Positions 16,865 through 26,745 of a stretch of 31,585 nt of DNA are shown here, piece by piece. The stretch's first letter is position 1. Every line of letters starts with the position of its first letter. Below the pieces are notes generated by a model, which was not told the origin of the DNA, did not search any database, and saw only the letters and a program-made list of their open reading frames with translations. The stretch spans positions 4,086 through 35,670 of the forward strand of contig JBBIJQ010000017.1 in assembly GCA_037445915.1 (NCBI GenBank), in the 5' to 3' direction. Both the position numbers and the translations under genes were made by a program. This DNA comes from Planctomycetales bacterium. GTDB lineage: Bacteria; 4484-113.

Positions 16865-17149
16865 ATGAGCCGTTCAACTAAAAAAGGGCCTTTTGTGGAT
16901 GACCACCTGCTGAAGAAAGTTCAGCGGATGAACGATAGCGGCGAGAAGCGGGTTATCCGTACTTGGTCGCGCCGTTCAACAATCATTCCCGATTTTATAG
17001 GCCACAACTTTGAAGTGTACAACGGCAAGAAGTTCGTGCCGATTTACGTTTCCGAAGAGCTGGTTGGCCACAAGCTCGGCGAGTTCGCCGCTACGCGGAC
17101 CTTCCGCAGCCATATCAGGGACGAGAAAAAGGCTAAGGTGCGAGGTTAA
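16865..17149 (+). CDS. rpsS: 30S ribosomal protein S19
   Basis: [26 protein letters not shown]. Confidence 0.99.
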   Translation: MSRSTKKGPFVDDHLLKKVQRMNDSGEKRVIRTWSRRSTIIPDFIGHNFEVYNGKKFVPIYVSEELVGHKLGEFAATRTFRSHIRDEKKAKVRG

Positions 17150-17152
17150 CCC

Positions 17153-17758
17153 GTGAGCGTAACTGCTAAATTGAAGTTCCTGCGCGTTTCGCCTTTCAAG
17201 GTAAGGAAATACGCGCAGCTTTTCAAGGGCAAGCCCATTGAAGAGGCGAAGGCGATACTTGCATATTACCCAAGCCCGACCTGCGAGAGCATTTTAAAGC
17301 TTCTCAACTCGGCAGTCGCCAACGCGGAGAACAACTTTGATATGGATTCCGAGACCATGTTCGTCCGCAATGTGCTTGTCGACGGAGGGCCTACTTACAA
17401 GAGGATGCGCGCCCGGGCGCGTGGGCGCGGCAACCAGATACTCAAGCGAACATGCCACGTCATTATTGAGCTTGACCTACAGGATAAGTTCAAAACCAAG
17501 GCCGCAGAGGCCGAGATGGAAGCAAAGGCTGCCAAACTTAAGCACCGCGCTGCGAAGCCCGTTAAGGCTGATGCAAAAACGGAGAAGGCTGAGAAGCATG
17601 CGGCGAAAGCCAAGGCAAGCCCTGAAACCAAGCCGAAGCGCAGCGCAGCGACTGCGGACAAGGCGGCGATAACTGGCGCGGAGGCTGAGAAGCCTAAGCG
17701 CAGCAGGCCAACTAAGAAGGCCGTGGAATCTGGCGAGGACGCGAAGAGAGAGGAATAA
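17153..17758 (+). CDS. rplV: 50S ribosomal protein L22 with long Lys/Ala/Glu-rich tail
   Basis: SPFKVR, SAVANAENN, VDGGP, RARGR; GTG start. Confidence 0.97.
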   Translation: MSVTAKLKFLRVSPFKVRKYAQLFKGKPIEEAKAILAYYPSPTCESILKLLNSAVANAENNFDMDSETMFVRNVLVDGGPTYKRMRARARGRGNQILKRTCHVIIELDLQDKFKTKAAEAEMEAKAAKLKHRAAKPVKADAKTEKAEKHAAKAKASPETKPKRSAATADKAAITGAEAEKPKRSRPTKKAVESGEDAKREE

Positions 17759-18421
17759 ATGGGGCAGAAGACTAACCCAATCGGTTTCAGGCTAAACAAT
17801 GTCGCTACTTGGAGCGCTACCTGGTACGCTAACAAGCGCAATTTTGGCAACCAGCTTGTGAAGGATATCCTTGTCCGCCGCTACCTGGAAAGGGAACTGA
17901 AGAGCGCACAGGTTTCGCGTATTGAGATGAAACGCTACGTTAACCGCTTTATAGTCAACGTATATTGTGTCCGAGTCGGCATTGCCGTCGGGCGCGGTGG
18001 CGCCAGGCGCGAAGAGCTTCGCGTAGGCATCGCCAATATACTTGGCGGAGGCGAAGTTCACTTGGATTTCTACGAAGAGTCCAACCCCGACCTATCCGCC
18101 GCGGTTGTTGTGAACAACATTATTGCCCAGCTTGAAAAGCGAGTTAACTTTCGCCGCGCGCTGAAGCAACAACTTCGCCGCTGCGAACAGGCCGGCGCGA
18201 AAGGTGTAAAACTGATGGTCGCAGGCCGCCTTAATGGCGCGGAAATGTGCCGGACAGAGTGGTACCGCCGCGGCCGCATCCCTCTGCACACACTACGGGC
18301 GAAGATTGATTATTCCTGCGACGTCGCCCACACGACTTACGGCATCATCGGCGTAAAAGCTTGGATCTATATGGGCGATGTTGTTCCGGAGCGTGGCCGC
18401 TCAAGCGGAGGTGAAGCGTAA
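17759..18421 (+). CDS. rpsC: 30S ribosomal protein S3
   Basis: [40 protein letters not shown]. Confidence 0.99.
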   Translation: MGQKTNPIGFRLNNVATWSATWYANKRNFGNQLVKDILVRRYLERELKSAQVSRIEMKRYVNRFIVNVYCVRVGIAVGRGGARREELRVGIANILGGGEVHLDFYEESNPDLSAAVVVNNIIAQLEKRVNFRRALKQQLRRCEQAGAKGVKLMVAGRLNGAEMCRTEWYRRGRIPLHTLRAKIDYSCDVAHTTYGIIGVKAWIYMGDVVPERGRSSGGEA

Positions 18422-18834
18422 TGTTAGTGCCAAGCCGCGTGAAGCACCGTAAAACCCAGCGCGGGCGCATGAAAGGGAAGGCGATTCGTGGCTCCAATGT
18501 TGACTTCGGCCAGTTCGGGCTGAAGGCGATGGAACCCGGGTGGATTACAGCCAACCAGATTGAGTCTGCTCGCATAGCGATGAACAGAGCTATCAAAAAG
18601 GCGGGGAAGGTCTGGATTCGCATTTTCCCCGATAAGCCTTTCACTAAGAAACCCGCCGAAACCCGCCAAGGGTCAGGCAAGGGCTCGCCTGAAGGCTTTG
18701 TAGCGGTGGTACGCCCTGGTTGCGTGATGTTTGAGATTGACGCTCCATCCGAGGCTATTGCCCGAGAAGCCCTAAGCCGCGCATCGCATAAGCTGCCTAT
18801 CAAAACCCGCATTGTCGTTAGGGAAACTTTCTAG
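18421..18834 (+). CDS. rplP: 50S ribosomal protein L16
   Basis: [28 protein letters not shown]. Confidence 0.99.
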   Translation: MLVPSRVKHRKTQRGRMKGKAIRGSNVDFGQFGLKAMEPGWITANQIESARIAMNRAIKKAGKVWIRIFPDKPFTKKPAETRQGSGKGSPEGFVAVVRPGCVMFEIDAPSEAIAREALSRASHKLPIKTRIVVRETF

Positions 18835-18843
18835 GAGTTAGCT

Positions 18844-19050
18844 ATGGCAACGAAGCGAAAGATGGCTGAACTGCAAAAGCTCACTATGGTTGAGCTGCAG
18901 AAACGCCTTCGCGAACTAAAAAGCGAGCATTACGAGTTGCGCTTCCAGAAGGTGTCGGGCAAGCTTGAAAACTACCGCCGCATTCGCGAGATAAAGCGTG
19001 ATGTCGCTAGGGTAAACACTCTCATCACGCAAATGGAGAAGGGGTCCTGA
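18844..19050 (+). CDS. rpmC: 50S ribosomal protein L29
   Basis: LRFQ...GKLEN...KRDVARVNT; position between rplP and rpsQ. Confidence 0.96.
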   Translation: MATKRKMAELQKLTMVELQKRLRELKSEHYELRFQKVSGKLENYRRIREIKRDVARVNTLITQMEKGS

Positions 19051-19502
19051 TGCCGCGTAAGATTAAAGTCGGAAAGGTTATTTCGGACAAGAACACCAAG
19101 ACCATCGTGGTTGAGGTTTACCGCCGCAAGCAGCACCCTGTTTACCGCAAGTATATCCAGGTCCGTACGCGCTTTATGGCGCATGACGAGGCTGAAAGCG
19201 CGCAGGTCGGCGATATCGTCCGAATTGTTGAAAGCCGCCCGATGTCAGCCCGTAAGAGATGGGCTTTGGACGAAATCCTGACCCGGGGAGTCGGCCCTGA
19301 GGTAAAGGTGCGCCACGAGGAAGACCTCGCAGTCGCCCTCGGCCACGATGAAGACGCCGTACCCGAAGCCCAGGCCGTTGTAGAAGCTGAAGGCGAGACT
19401 GTCCAGGAGATCGTGGAGTGCGCGCCTGTTGCGGAGCTGGAATCCGAGATGGAAGAAGAAACCGTTCCAGAAGCGGAGAAAGGCACGGAGGCGTCCCAAT
19501 GA
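19050..19502 (+). CDS. rpsQ: 30S ribosomal protein S17 with acidic C-terminal extension
   Basis: [31 protein letters not shown]. Confidence 0.97.
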   Translation: MPRKIKVGKVISDKNTKTIVVEVYRRKQHPVYRKYIQVRTRFMAHDEAESAQVGDIVRIVESRPMSARKRWALDEILTRGVGPEVKVRHEEDLAVALGHDEDAVPEAQAVVEAEGETVQEIVECAPVAELESEMEEETVPEAEKGTEASQ

Positions 19503-19870
19503 TACAGCAGGAATCACGCCTGCTCGTTGCGGATAACACCGGCGGCAAGGAGCTGCTGTGCATCCGCATACTAGGCAGGTCCACCAGCAAATACGCCTCA
19601 GTTGGCGACCTTATAGTCGGCACAGTGAAGGTTGCCAGCCCGCGCGGCCAGGTTAAGAAGGGCCAAGTCGTTAAGGCGGTAGTCGTCAGGACCCGCTTCC
19701 CCGTGAGGCGCTCTGACGGTTCCACCGTGCGCTTTGACGATAACGCCTGTGTGATTATTGACCCTGAAACCCGCAACCCGCAGGGAACCCGCGTCTTCGG
19801 GCCGGTTGCCCGCGAGCTGCGTGAGCGCGGCTTTATGAAGATAGTCTCCCTCGCCCCGGAGGTGCTTTGA
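19499..19870 (+). CDS. rplN: 50S ribosomal protein L14
   Basis: [15 protein letters not shown]...RFDDNA...[15 protein letters not shown] 19499 overlaps the rpsQ stop. Confidence 0.99.
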   Translation: MIQQESRLLVADNTGGKELLCIRILGRSTSKYASVGDLIVGTVKVASPRGQVKKGQVVKAVVVRTRFPVRRSDGSTVRFDDNACVIIDPETRNPQGTRVFGPVARELRERGFMKIVSLAPEVL

Positions 19871-19871
19871 T

Positions 19872-20204
19872 ATGAAGCTGCACATTAAAAAGGGAGACGA
19901 AGTGATGGTGCTTACAGGCAAAGACCGCGGGCGCAAGGGAAAGGTCCTGCGAGTCTTCGCCAAGAAGGGCACCGCAGTTGTTGAGAACATTAACGTCGCC
20001 AAACGCCACCAGCGTAAGGTCCAACGTTCCGGCCAGCGTACCGCAACAGGCGGCATCATTGACAAGCCGATGCCCTTGGAGTTGAGCAACCTTGCGGTTG
20101 TGGACAAAGCGACCGGCAAGGGCACCCGCATTGGTCGCAGGCGCGTTGAAGGTAAATGGATGCGCTACGGCCGCAAGAGCGGCGAGCTGATTGATTCGAA
20201 GTAG
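19872..20204 (+). CDS. rplX: 50S ribosomal protein L24
   Basis: KOW motif IKKGDEVMVLTGKDRGRKGKV. Confidence 0.98.
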   Translation: MKLHIKKGDEVMVLTGKDRGRKGKVLRVFAKKGTAVVENINVAKRHQRKVQRSGQRTATGGIIDKPMPLELSNLAVVDKATGKGTRIGRRRVEGKWMRYGRKSGELIDSK

Positions 20205-20211
20205 GTGCGAT

Positions 20212-20787
20212 ATGTCATTCCCTAAGTCAAGGTTGCGGGAACTTTACGAGTCGGAAGTCCGGCCTGCGATTCTCCGCGAACGCAAGCTGGATAACCCGAT
20301 GCAAGTCCCGCGCCTCGTTCGCATTCAAGTTAACATCGGCGCAGGAGAGGGCAAGGAAAACCAGAAGGCGCTGGACGGAGTCGTGCGTACACTGACCGTG
20401 GTTACTGGTCAGAAGCCTGTTGTCACGCGCGCAAAGAAGTCCATTAGCAACTTCAAGCTACGCGCCGGCCAGCCAGTTGGGGCGACGGTTACGCTGCGCG
20501 GCGAGCTGATGTGGCATTTCCTGGACAAGCTGACGAGCATTACGCTTCCGCGTGTCCGCGACTTCCAGGGCGTGAGCGTGCGCGGCTTTGACGGGCGAGG
20601 CAACTACAACCTTGGCTTGCGAGACCAGCTTATTTTCCCTGAGATAATCTTTGACGAAGTTGAGCTAATCAAGGGGATGCAGATAACCATCGTCACTACG
20701 GCTGATGACGATTCACTCGCGGCTGAGATGCTCTACCGGCTGGGCATGCCTTTCCGCGATTACAAGGTGACCAAGGAGGTCGCTTAA
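20212..20787 (+). CDS. rplE: 50S ribosomal protein L5
   Basis: TGQKP, AKKSISNFKLR, PRVRDFQG, FDGRGNY; ATG 20212. Confidence 0.99.
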   Translation: MSFPKSRLRELYESEVRPAILRERKLDNPMQVPRLVRIQVNIGAGEGKENQKALDGVVRTLTVVTGQKPVVTRAKKSISNFKLRAGQPVGATVTLRGELMWHFLDKLTSITLPRVRDFQGVSVRGFDGRGNYNLGLRDQLIFPEIIFDEVELIKGMQITIVTTADDDSLAAEMLYRLGMPFRDYKVTKEVA

Positions 20788-20790
20788 CGA

Positions 20791-20976
20791 ATGGCGAAGC
20801 TATCTAAAATCATCCGCAACAATTGCAAGCATAAGTTCGCGATTAGGCGCCGCAACCGCTGTGAGCTTTGCGGCCGCCCGCGCGCGTATTACCGGATGTT
20901 TAATATCTGCCGCTTGTGTTTCCGCGACCTTGCCTTGAAAGGCTTCATCCCCGGAGTTACGAAGAGTAGCTGGTAG
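20791..20976 (+). CDS. rpsN: 30S ribosomal protein S14, short zinc-binding (type Z)
   Basis: 61 aa, RCELCGRPR...ICRLCFR...PGVTKSSW. Confidence 0.98.
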   Translation: MAKLSKIIRNNCKHKFAIRRRNRCELCGRPRAYYRMFNICRLCFRDLALKGFIPGVTKSSW

Positions 20977-20986
20977 GAATAGATAT

Positions 20987-21403
20987 ATGCAGACTGATCC
21001 AATAGCTGATTTCATTACCGTCCTCCGCAATGCGCAGTCGTCGCGCAAGAGCAACTTCACAATCTCGCACTCGAGGATGCGCGAAGACCTTACAAAGATA
21101 CTCGTGAAAGAGGGTTTCGTTGATCGCTACGAAGTCGTTGACGAGTCCCGCAAGCAAGGGCGCAAATTCCGCGCCCTGCGCCTTTACCTACGTTATTACG
21201 ATGATTTGCGCCGAATCAGCCCGCTTAACCATATTGTCCGCGTGAGCAAGCCCAGCCGCCGCATCTACACTGACGCGGAAGGCAACAAGACTTTGCGCGG
21301 CGGGGTTGGCGTGCGCATTCTCTCAACTTCCCACGGGCTGATGACCGACAAGGAAGCGCGCCAGAAGAACGTCGGCGGCGAGATTTTGGTGGAGGTCTGG
21401 TAG
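20987..21403 (+). CDS. rpsH: 30S ribosomal protein S8
   Basis: DPIADF..RNA, RVSKPSRRIY, STSHG, VGGE. Confidence 0.98.
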   Translation: MQTDPIADFITVLRNAQSSRKSNFTISHSRMREDLTKILVKEGFVDRYEVVDESRKQGRKFRALRLYLRYYDDLRRISPLNHIVRVSKPSRRIYTDAEGNKTLRGGVGVRILSTSHGLMTDKEARQKNVGGEILVEVW

Positions 21404-21406
21404 TTA

Positions 21407-21964
21407 ATGTCCCGCATCGGCAGAAAACCAATCTCAATACCACAAGGCGTAGAAGTCGCGCTTAATGGCCGGCAGCTCACCGTCAAGGGAAGGCTAGGCG
21501 AGCTTTCGCACGATTTGCCTGCTGGCATCCTCTGTGAGATTGCCAGCGATGACATTCGTTTTTCGCGGGAAAACGATACGCCGCCCGTCCGCGCGCTGCA
21601 TGGCCTGATGCGCGCCTTGGCCCAGAACATGGTTACCGGCGTATCCGAAGGCTTCCAGAAACGTATGGAAATCCGGGGAACGGGTTACCGCGTTAATGTT
21701 CAAGGCAACAAGCTAACAATGGACATCGGCTTCTCGCACCCTATAGTGTTTGACTTCCCCCAGGAAGTAACCGTGAAGCTTGAAGGGGCGACCACTCGCG
21801 AACAGACGCCTACGACAGTCATTTCCATCAGCGGGATAAACAAAGAACGTGTCGGGCACTGGGCTGACCAAGTGCGCCGTGTTAAGCCGCCGGAGCCCTA
21901 CAAAGGCAAGGGCATTCGTTATGAAAAGGAGCGGGTTATCCGCAAGGCCGGCAAGACCGGCTAG
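21407..21964 (+). CDS. rplF: 50S ribosomal protein L6
   Basis: MSRIGRKP, GFSHP, PEPYKGKGIRY. Confidence 0.99.
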   Translation: MSRIGRKPISIPQGVEVALNGRQLTVKGRLGELSHDLPAGILCEIASDDIRFSRENDTPPVRALHGLMRALAQNMVTGVSEGFQKRMEIRGTGYRVNVQGNKLTMDIGFSHPIVFDFPQEVTVKLEGATTREQTPTTVISISGINKERVGHWADQVRRVKPPEPYKGKGIRYEKERVIRKAGKTG

Positions 21965-21979
21965 GTGTGAGGTTATAAG

Positions 21980-22345
21980 ATGCCTAAAACTATTGACCGC
22001 AGCAGAATGAGGATTGTGCGCCACCAAAGGCTGCGGAAGCGCATAACCGGAGTGCCTGACCGTCCACGGCTGTCCGTTTACCACAGCAACCGCCATTTCT
22101 ACGCGCAGATTATCGACGACCAGGCAGGCAAGACGCTGCTGGCGCTTTCAACTATGAGTCCTGATTTAAACGGGAAGCTCACAGGAAAACCAGTGGAGAG
22201 GGCTGCGCAAATCGGCTCGGAGCTTGCGAAACGCGCAATTAGTGTTGGCATTAAGCAGGTTGTTTTTGACCGCGGCGGGCATGCTTTCCATGGCCAGATC
22301 AAGGCAATGGCTGATGCAGCCCGTGAAGGCGGCCTGGAGTTCTAA
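21980..22345 (+). CDS. rplR: 50S ribosomal protein L18
   Basis: RPRLSVY, YAQIIDD, VVFDRGG, AREGGLEF. Confidence 0.98.
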   Translation: MPKTIDRSRMRIVRHQRLRKRITGVPDRPRLSVYHSNRHFYAQIIDDQAGKTLLALSTMSPDLNGKLTGKPVERAAQIGSELAKRAISVGIKQVVFDRGGHAFHGQIKAMADAAREGGLEF

Positions 22346-22354
22346 GGGGTAATT

Positions 22355-23149
22355 ATGAGCTACTACGGACGAGATAAGCGGCAGCAGGAACCCGAAGAGG
22401 ACACCAGGTTTAAGTCTGAAGTCCTCTATGTCAACCGCGTGGCTAAGGTGCTTAAGGGCGGCCGGCGCTTCCGTTTTACAGCGCTTGTCGTCGTCGGTGA
22501 CGGCGAAGGCCTGGTAGGAATGGGCTTGGGCAAGGCACCCGAGGTGGTTGAAGCCATCCGCAAAGGCGAAGAGCTGGCAAAGAAGAAGATGGTTCAGGTA
22601 TATCGCGCAGGAACAACCATCCCATTTGAAGTGAAATATACCTATTGCTCAACAACGGTGCTGCTCAGGCCGGCTCGTCAGGGCGCAGGCATCACCGCTG
22701 GCGGCCCGGCCCGGCCGCTACTTACGCTTGCGGGCATAACCGACTGCACTGCGAAGTTTTACGGGAGCAACAACCGCGTAAACTGCGCAAAGGCGATATT
22801 TCAAGCGCTCCAGCACATTGAAGCACCGGCGGAAACTGTGAAGCACCGAAAGGACAAAACCTATCACGTCGCTATCTCAACCGGAGTGCGTAAGATTGAC
22901 TTGGAGGCTTTTAGCTCCTCAGATTCAGGGACAGGCGCGCCTCCGCGCAAACCAACCGGTGATCCCCGCAACCGCCGCAGCGCTGGAAGCCCAGGAGGGG
23001 CCGGCCGTGGCTCAAGGCCGCCGACCCGCCGTCCTGGCGGTAGCGGCTCAAAGCCAGGCGGCGCGCACGGACACCCTGCGCCATCACCGGCTGCACCTTC
23101 CGTGTCGGGAAATGTTGAACCTCCAACCACGGTTGAAGGGGGAAAGTAA
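22355..23149 (+). CDS. rpsE: 30S ribosomal protein S5 with Gly/Pro-rich C-terminal extension
   Basis: NRVAKVLKGGRRFRFTALVVVGD, GKAPEV, GITAGG. Confidence 0.98.
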   Translation: MSYYGRDKRQQEPEEDTRFKSEVLYVNRVAKVLKGGRRFRFTALVVVGDGEGLVGMGLGKAPEVVEAIRKGEELAKKKMVQVYRAGTTIPFEVKYTYCSTTVLLRPARQGAGITAGGPARPLLTLAGITDCTAKFYGSNNRVNCAKAIFQALQHIEAPAETVKHRKDKTYHVAISTGVRKIDLEAFSSSDSGTGAPPRKPTGDPRNRRSAGSPGGAGRGSRPPTRRPGGSGSKPGGAHGHPAPSPAAPSVSGNVEPPTTVEGGK

Positions 23150-23608
23150 ATGCCTATTCCTCTGATACAAGCACCAGGAACCGGCAAAGGCCGCAAGCGC
23201 GTCGGCCGCGGCCATGGTTCCGGCCATGGCAAAACTTCGTGCCGTGGCCAGAAAGGCCAGGGCTCTCGCTCAGGCGGAACGAAGTCAGCCATGTTTGAGG
23301 GCGGCCGTATGGCGGCATACCGCAATTTGCCTAAGTTGCCCGGCTTTAAGCGCACAAACCAGGTGCGTTTCTACCCGGTAAACCTAGGTTCTATAAAGAA
23401 TATCCCTGATGGCAGCGTCGTTGATTTTGCCTTCCTCGCCACGCAGGGTCTTTTGCCGCGCAAGCCGCTTCCAGTGAAGCTGTTAGGGCAAGGCGAAATC
23501 AGCGTCCGCGCAACTTTCCGCGTACACGCTTTCAGCAAGGCTGCCCGCGCCAAGATTGAGGCTGCTGGCGGGACCTGCGAGGAGGTCGGAGTTGAGCAGC
23601 CAGAGTAG
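23150..23608 (+). CDS. rplO: 50S ribosomal protein L15
   Basis: KRVGRGHGSGHGKT, FEGG, VKLLGQG, KIEAAGG. Confidence 0.98.
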   Translation: MPIPLIQAPGTGKGRKRVGRGHGSGHGKTSCRGQKGQGSRSGGTKSAMFEGGRMAAYRNLPKLPGFKRTNQVRFYPVNLGSIKNIPDGSVVDFAFLATQGLLPRKPLPVKLLGQGEISVRATFRVHAFSKAARAKIEAAGGTCEEVGVEQPE

Positions 23609-24917
23609 CCCGTTCAACATCGCGCTGGCGTGGAACATTCCCGACATCCAGCGCCGCTTGAAGTTCGTCGCGTTCGCTCTGCTCATTTTTGTCATCGGTA
23701 CCCACATCCCGACGCCAGGCATTAGCCAGTCGCTCATTTCCGGCTTTTTTGGCCAAGCCGGCGAAGGCGGCGCAGGCCTGTTCGGGCTACTTGACCTGTT
23801 TACCGGCGGCGCGCTGCTCAAGTTCAGCATCCTTGCGCTTGGCGTTATGCCATACATTAACGCGAGCATTTTAATGCAGATCCTCGTCGCCGTTGAGCCG
23901 CGCCTTAAAGAAATCCAGCAGGAAGGCGAAGACGGTCGCAAGCTCATCAGCAAATACACCCGCTACCTCGCGGTTTTCTTTGCATTTCTACAGGGCTTCG
24001 GGCTTATCTACTCATTCCAGGGCGGCAGTTTCCTTTCACCCGATTATGAAGGCGCACTCAAAGTAATCGCGCCCCTTACCGCGCTGCTCGTGGTTGTTGC
24101 TGGAACCTGCTTCCTGATGTGGATGGGCGATGAGATAACGAGCAAGGGCATCGGCAACGGCATCTCGCTCATCATCTTCGTCGGCATCGTGAACAGAGTC
24201 CCCTGGCTGATTGCCACTGAAATCGGCCAGGCGCAGTTTGACCAGACACGCTGGGCAGCGATTATGCTGTTTGCCATCTTCTTAGTTCTAATAGTGACCG
24301 GCATCGTGTTTGTCCAGCTTTCGGTACGTAAGATTCCAATCCAATACGCCCGCCGCCAAGTGGGACGTAAGGTATACGGCGGGCAGAGCACTTTCCTGCC
24401 GTTAAAGCTGGCGATGGCTGGTGTCATCCCCATCATTTTCGCGGTTTCGCTCTTAATGATTCCGCCTACGTTACTCCATTTTGTTCCCCAATGGACGGCC
24501 GCCCAGTCTTTGTGGGGCAGGTTCAACAACTCAGGCTGGTACGCGCTGTTGGAGTTTGGATTGGTATTCCTGTTTACGTTCATCTACACCGCCATTACTT
24601 TCAACACCAAAGAGATATCCGACAACTTGAAAAAACACGGCGGGTTCATCCCCGGCATCCGGCCGGGCAAGCCCACCTTTGACTTCTTAGATAAAGTCCT
24701 GCACCGCGTGACCTTCTTCGGCGGATTCTTCCTTGCGACGGTGGCGATTCTCCCTATCATCGTAAACGGAATCGTTTTTGAAGTTACCCAGGTCCAAATT
24801 CAGACATTCTATATTGGCGGAACTTCGCTGCTAATCGTTGTCGGCGTAGCGTTGGATACGGTTCAGCAGCTTCAAGCGCATATGGTCATGCGCCACTATT
24901 CGGGGTTCACGAAGTGA
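23592..24917 (+). CDS. secY: Preprotein translocase subunit SecY
   Basis: SILALGVMPYINASI, GIGNGISLIIF, AGVIPIIFA, IPGIRPG, GGTSLLIVVGV; TTG 23592 preceded by GGAGG. Confidence 0.98.
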   Translation: MSSQSSPFNIALAWNIPDIQRRLKFVAFALLIFVIGTHIPTPGISQSLISGFFGQAGEGGAGLFGLLDLFTGGALLKFSILALGVMPYINASILMQILVAVEPRLKEIQQEGEDGRKLISKYTRYLAVFFAFLQGFGLIYSFQGGSFLSPDYEGALKVIAPLTALLVVVAGTCFLMWMGDEITSKGIGNGISLIIFVGIVNRVPWLIATEIGQAQFDQTRWAAIMLFAIFLVLIVTGIVFVQLSVRKIPIQYARRQVGRKVYGGQSTFLPLKLAMAGVIPIIFAVSLLMIPPTLLHFVPQWTAAQSLWGRFNNSGWYALLEFGLVFLFTFIYTAITFNTKEISDNLKKHGGFIPGIRPGKPTFDFLDKVLHRVTFFGGFFLATVAILPIIVNGIVFEVTQVQIQTFYIGGTSLLIVVGVALDTVQQLQAHMVMRHYSGFTK

Positions 24918-25561
24918 TGATGACCATCGTTTTTTTAGGCCCGCCTGCAAGCGGCAAGGGAACGCAGGCTGCCAGGTTTGCCTCAGCGCACGGCTTCACG
25001 CACTTTGATATGGGTGGCGCGCTCCGCGAGGAGATAGAGTCGGGATCCGCGCTTGCATCAGAGATCCGCTCATATGCTGATGCAGGGAAGCTTGTTCCAG
25101 GGGAGATTGTCCGCAAGCTGGTTGAGCAGATGTTTGGGCGCAACCAGGGAAAGAACGTTCTCCTTGACGGCTTTCCACGCAGCAGTGAGCAGGCAGATAT
25201 GCTTGACGATGTTCTAGCTGTGGAAGGGCGCGAGCTGAATACGGCGGTATTAGTGGAAGTGCCGGAAGAAGTTCTGATGCAGCGGGTAATCAACCGCCGC
25301 TTCTGCCCTGAATGCGGCCGGGTTTACAACCTGCAGACGCTGCGCCCGCAGGAAGATGGCTTTTGCGACGATGACGGCGCTCAACTGATGCACCGCCGCG
25401 ACGATACGGAAGATGTGATGGCTGAGCGGCTGCGCGTTTACTACGGGCAGACACAGCCGATTGTTGAACGCTACGAGCAGGCAGGAATCCTCTCGCGTGT
25501 CGACGGTACAGCTGGCGTTGAAAGCGTCAGCCTGCAAATTGAAAGGATCGTGTTCGTTTAG
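24914..25561 (+). CDS. adk: Adenylate kinase with zinc-type LID
   Basis: GPPASGKGTQ, LDGFPR, CPECG...CDDDG, RRDD. Confidence 0.97.
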   Translation: MMMTIVFLGPPASGKGTQAARFASAHGFTHFDMGGALREEIESGSALASEIRSYADAGKLVPGEIVRKLVEQMFGRNQGKNVLLDGFPRSSEQADMLDDVLAVEGRELNTAVLVEVPEEVLMQRVINRRFCPECGRVYNLQTLRPQEDGFCDDDGAQLMHRRDDTEDVMAERLRVYYGQTQPIVERYEQAGILSRVDGTAGVESVSLQIERIVFV

Positions 25562-26365
25562 ATGGAAGGCGGCGTCAGGCTCAAGACGCACCAGGAAATC
25601 CGCGCCATCTACAAGTCGTGCCAGGTGGCAGCTTCGCTCGTGTGCGAGCTAAGGCCGCGCATCCGGCCAGGCGTGTCCACTGCCCAGCTAAATGACTTCG
25701 CCGAGGATTACATCGCCAAGCAGGGCTGCAAGCCGGCTTTCAAGGGCTACCAAGGGTTTCCAGCAGCGCTTTGCACGAGCATTAATGATGAAATTGTGCA
25801 TGGCATCCCCAACGTGAAGCGTATGCTGAAGCAGGGAGATCTCTTGAGCGTTGACTTCGGCGTCATCAGCGAAGGCTTTTTCTCCGATACTGCCTACACC
25901 TGGTTTGTTGGTGAAGGCGAGCCACCGGAGAACGTAGCCGCGCTACTGGCGGCGACCGTGGAATCACTGGCTGAAGGCATTGCTGCCACGAAGGCGGGCG
26001 TTAAGCTAAACCGTATCAGCGAAGCCATTTCGCGCCGGGCCCGACGTGATGGGTTCAAGATTATCCGGGACCTGTCCGGCCATGGGGTAGGGTACAACTT
26101 GCATGAGCCGCCTGCTGTATTTAACTATCCCGTTCCAGCGGGCGAGACTATAAAGCTAAGGAATGGGATGGTGTTGGCGATTGAGCCGATGGTGAGCCTA
26201 AGCTCGGAGGAAATTCTCTTGGGCGCCGATGGCTGGACGTACAGCACTGCGGATGGCTCGCTAGTGGCTCATTTTGAGCACACGGTCGCAATTTGGGAAG
26301 GCGAGGCTGTCGTGCTTACTGAACTAGGTAATGCGAAGGCTGAGAGTCTACTCGGCCGTTATTAG
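25562..26365 (+). CDS. map: Type I methionine aminopeptidase
   Basis: CTSINDEIVHGIP, GHGVG..LHEPP, AIEPM, AHFEHT. Confidence 0.98.
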   Translation: MEGGVRLKTHQEIRAIYKSCQVAASLVCELRPRIRPGVSTAQLNDFAEDYIAKQGCKPAFKGYQGFPAALCTSINDEIVHGIPNVKRMLKQGDLLSVDFGVISEGFFSDTAYTWFVGEGEPPENVAALLAATVESLAEGIAATKAGVKLNRISEAISRRARRDGFKIIRDLSGHGVGYNLHEPPAVFNYPVPAGETIKLRNGMVLAIEPMVSLSSEEILLGADGWTYSTADGSLVAHFEHTVAIWEGEAVVLTELGNAKAESLLGRY

Positions 26366-26381
26366 GTGGTGAACTCCGCTT

Positions 26382-26624
26382 TTGGTTAAAGATGACGTAA
26401 TTGAGATTGAAGGTACTGTGGTGCAAGCGCTGCCCAACGGTATGTTTCGCGTGGAATTAAAGCCTGACCATTGCATCTTAGCTCATGTAAGCGGTAAAAT
26501 GAGGGTTCATTTCATACGCATCCTGCCAGGCGACCGGGTCAAGCTGGAGATATCTCCATACGACCTGACACGTGGCAGGATAACTTATCGGTATAGCCGG
26601 CCTACATCGGAGGCGGGAAAATGA
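26382..26624 (+). CDS. infA: Translation initiation factor IF-1
   Basis: [39 protein letters not shown] start. Confidence 0.98.
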   Translation: MVKDDVIEIEGTVVQALPNGMFRVELKPDHCILAHVSGKMRVHFIRILPGDRVKLEISPYDLTRGRITYRYSRPTSEAGK

Positions 26625-26734
26625 AAGTTCGTTCATCGGTAAAGAAGATTTGCCCAACCTGCCGTGTCATCAGACGGCGGGGGAAGGTCTACGTCATTTG
26701 CATTAATCCTCGGCACAAGCAGCGCCAGGGTTAA
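26621..26734 (+). CDS. rpmJ: 50S ribosomal protein L36 (zinc-binding type)
   Basis: Below the ORF-track cutoff; manual translation [41 protein letters not shown] overlap with infA. Confidence 0.98.
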   Translation: MKVRSSVKKICPTCRVIRRRGKVYVICINPRHKQRQG

Positions 26735-26745
26735 AGGAGTCGGGC

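Noticed and set aside
22850..23165. L30 remnant in the S5 tail (STGVRKID resembling LGLRKI) or in ORF 22896..23165
   Set aside because: The similarity is a few residues only and the rest is Gly/Pro low complexity unlike L30.
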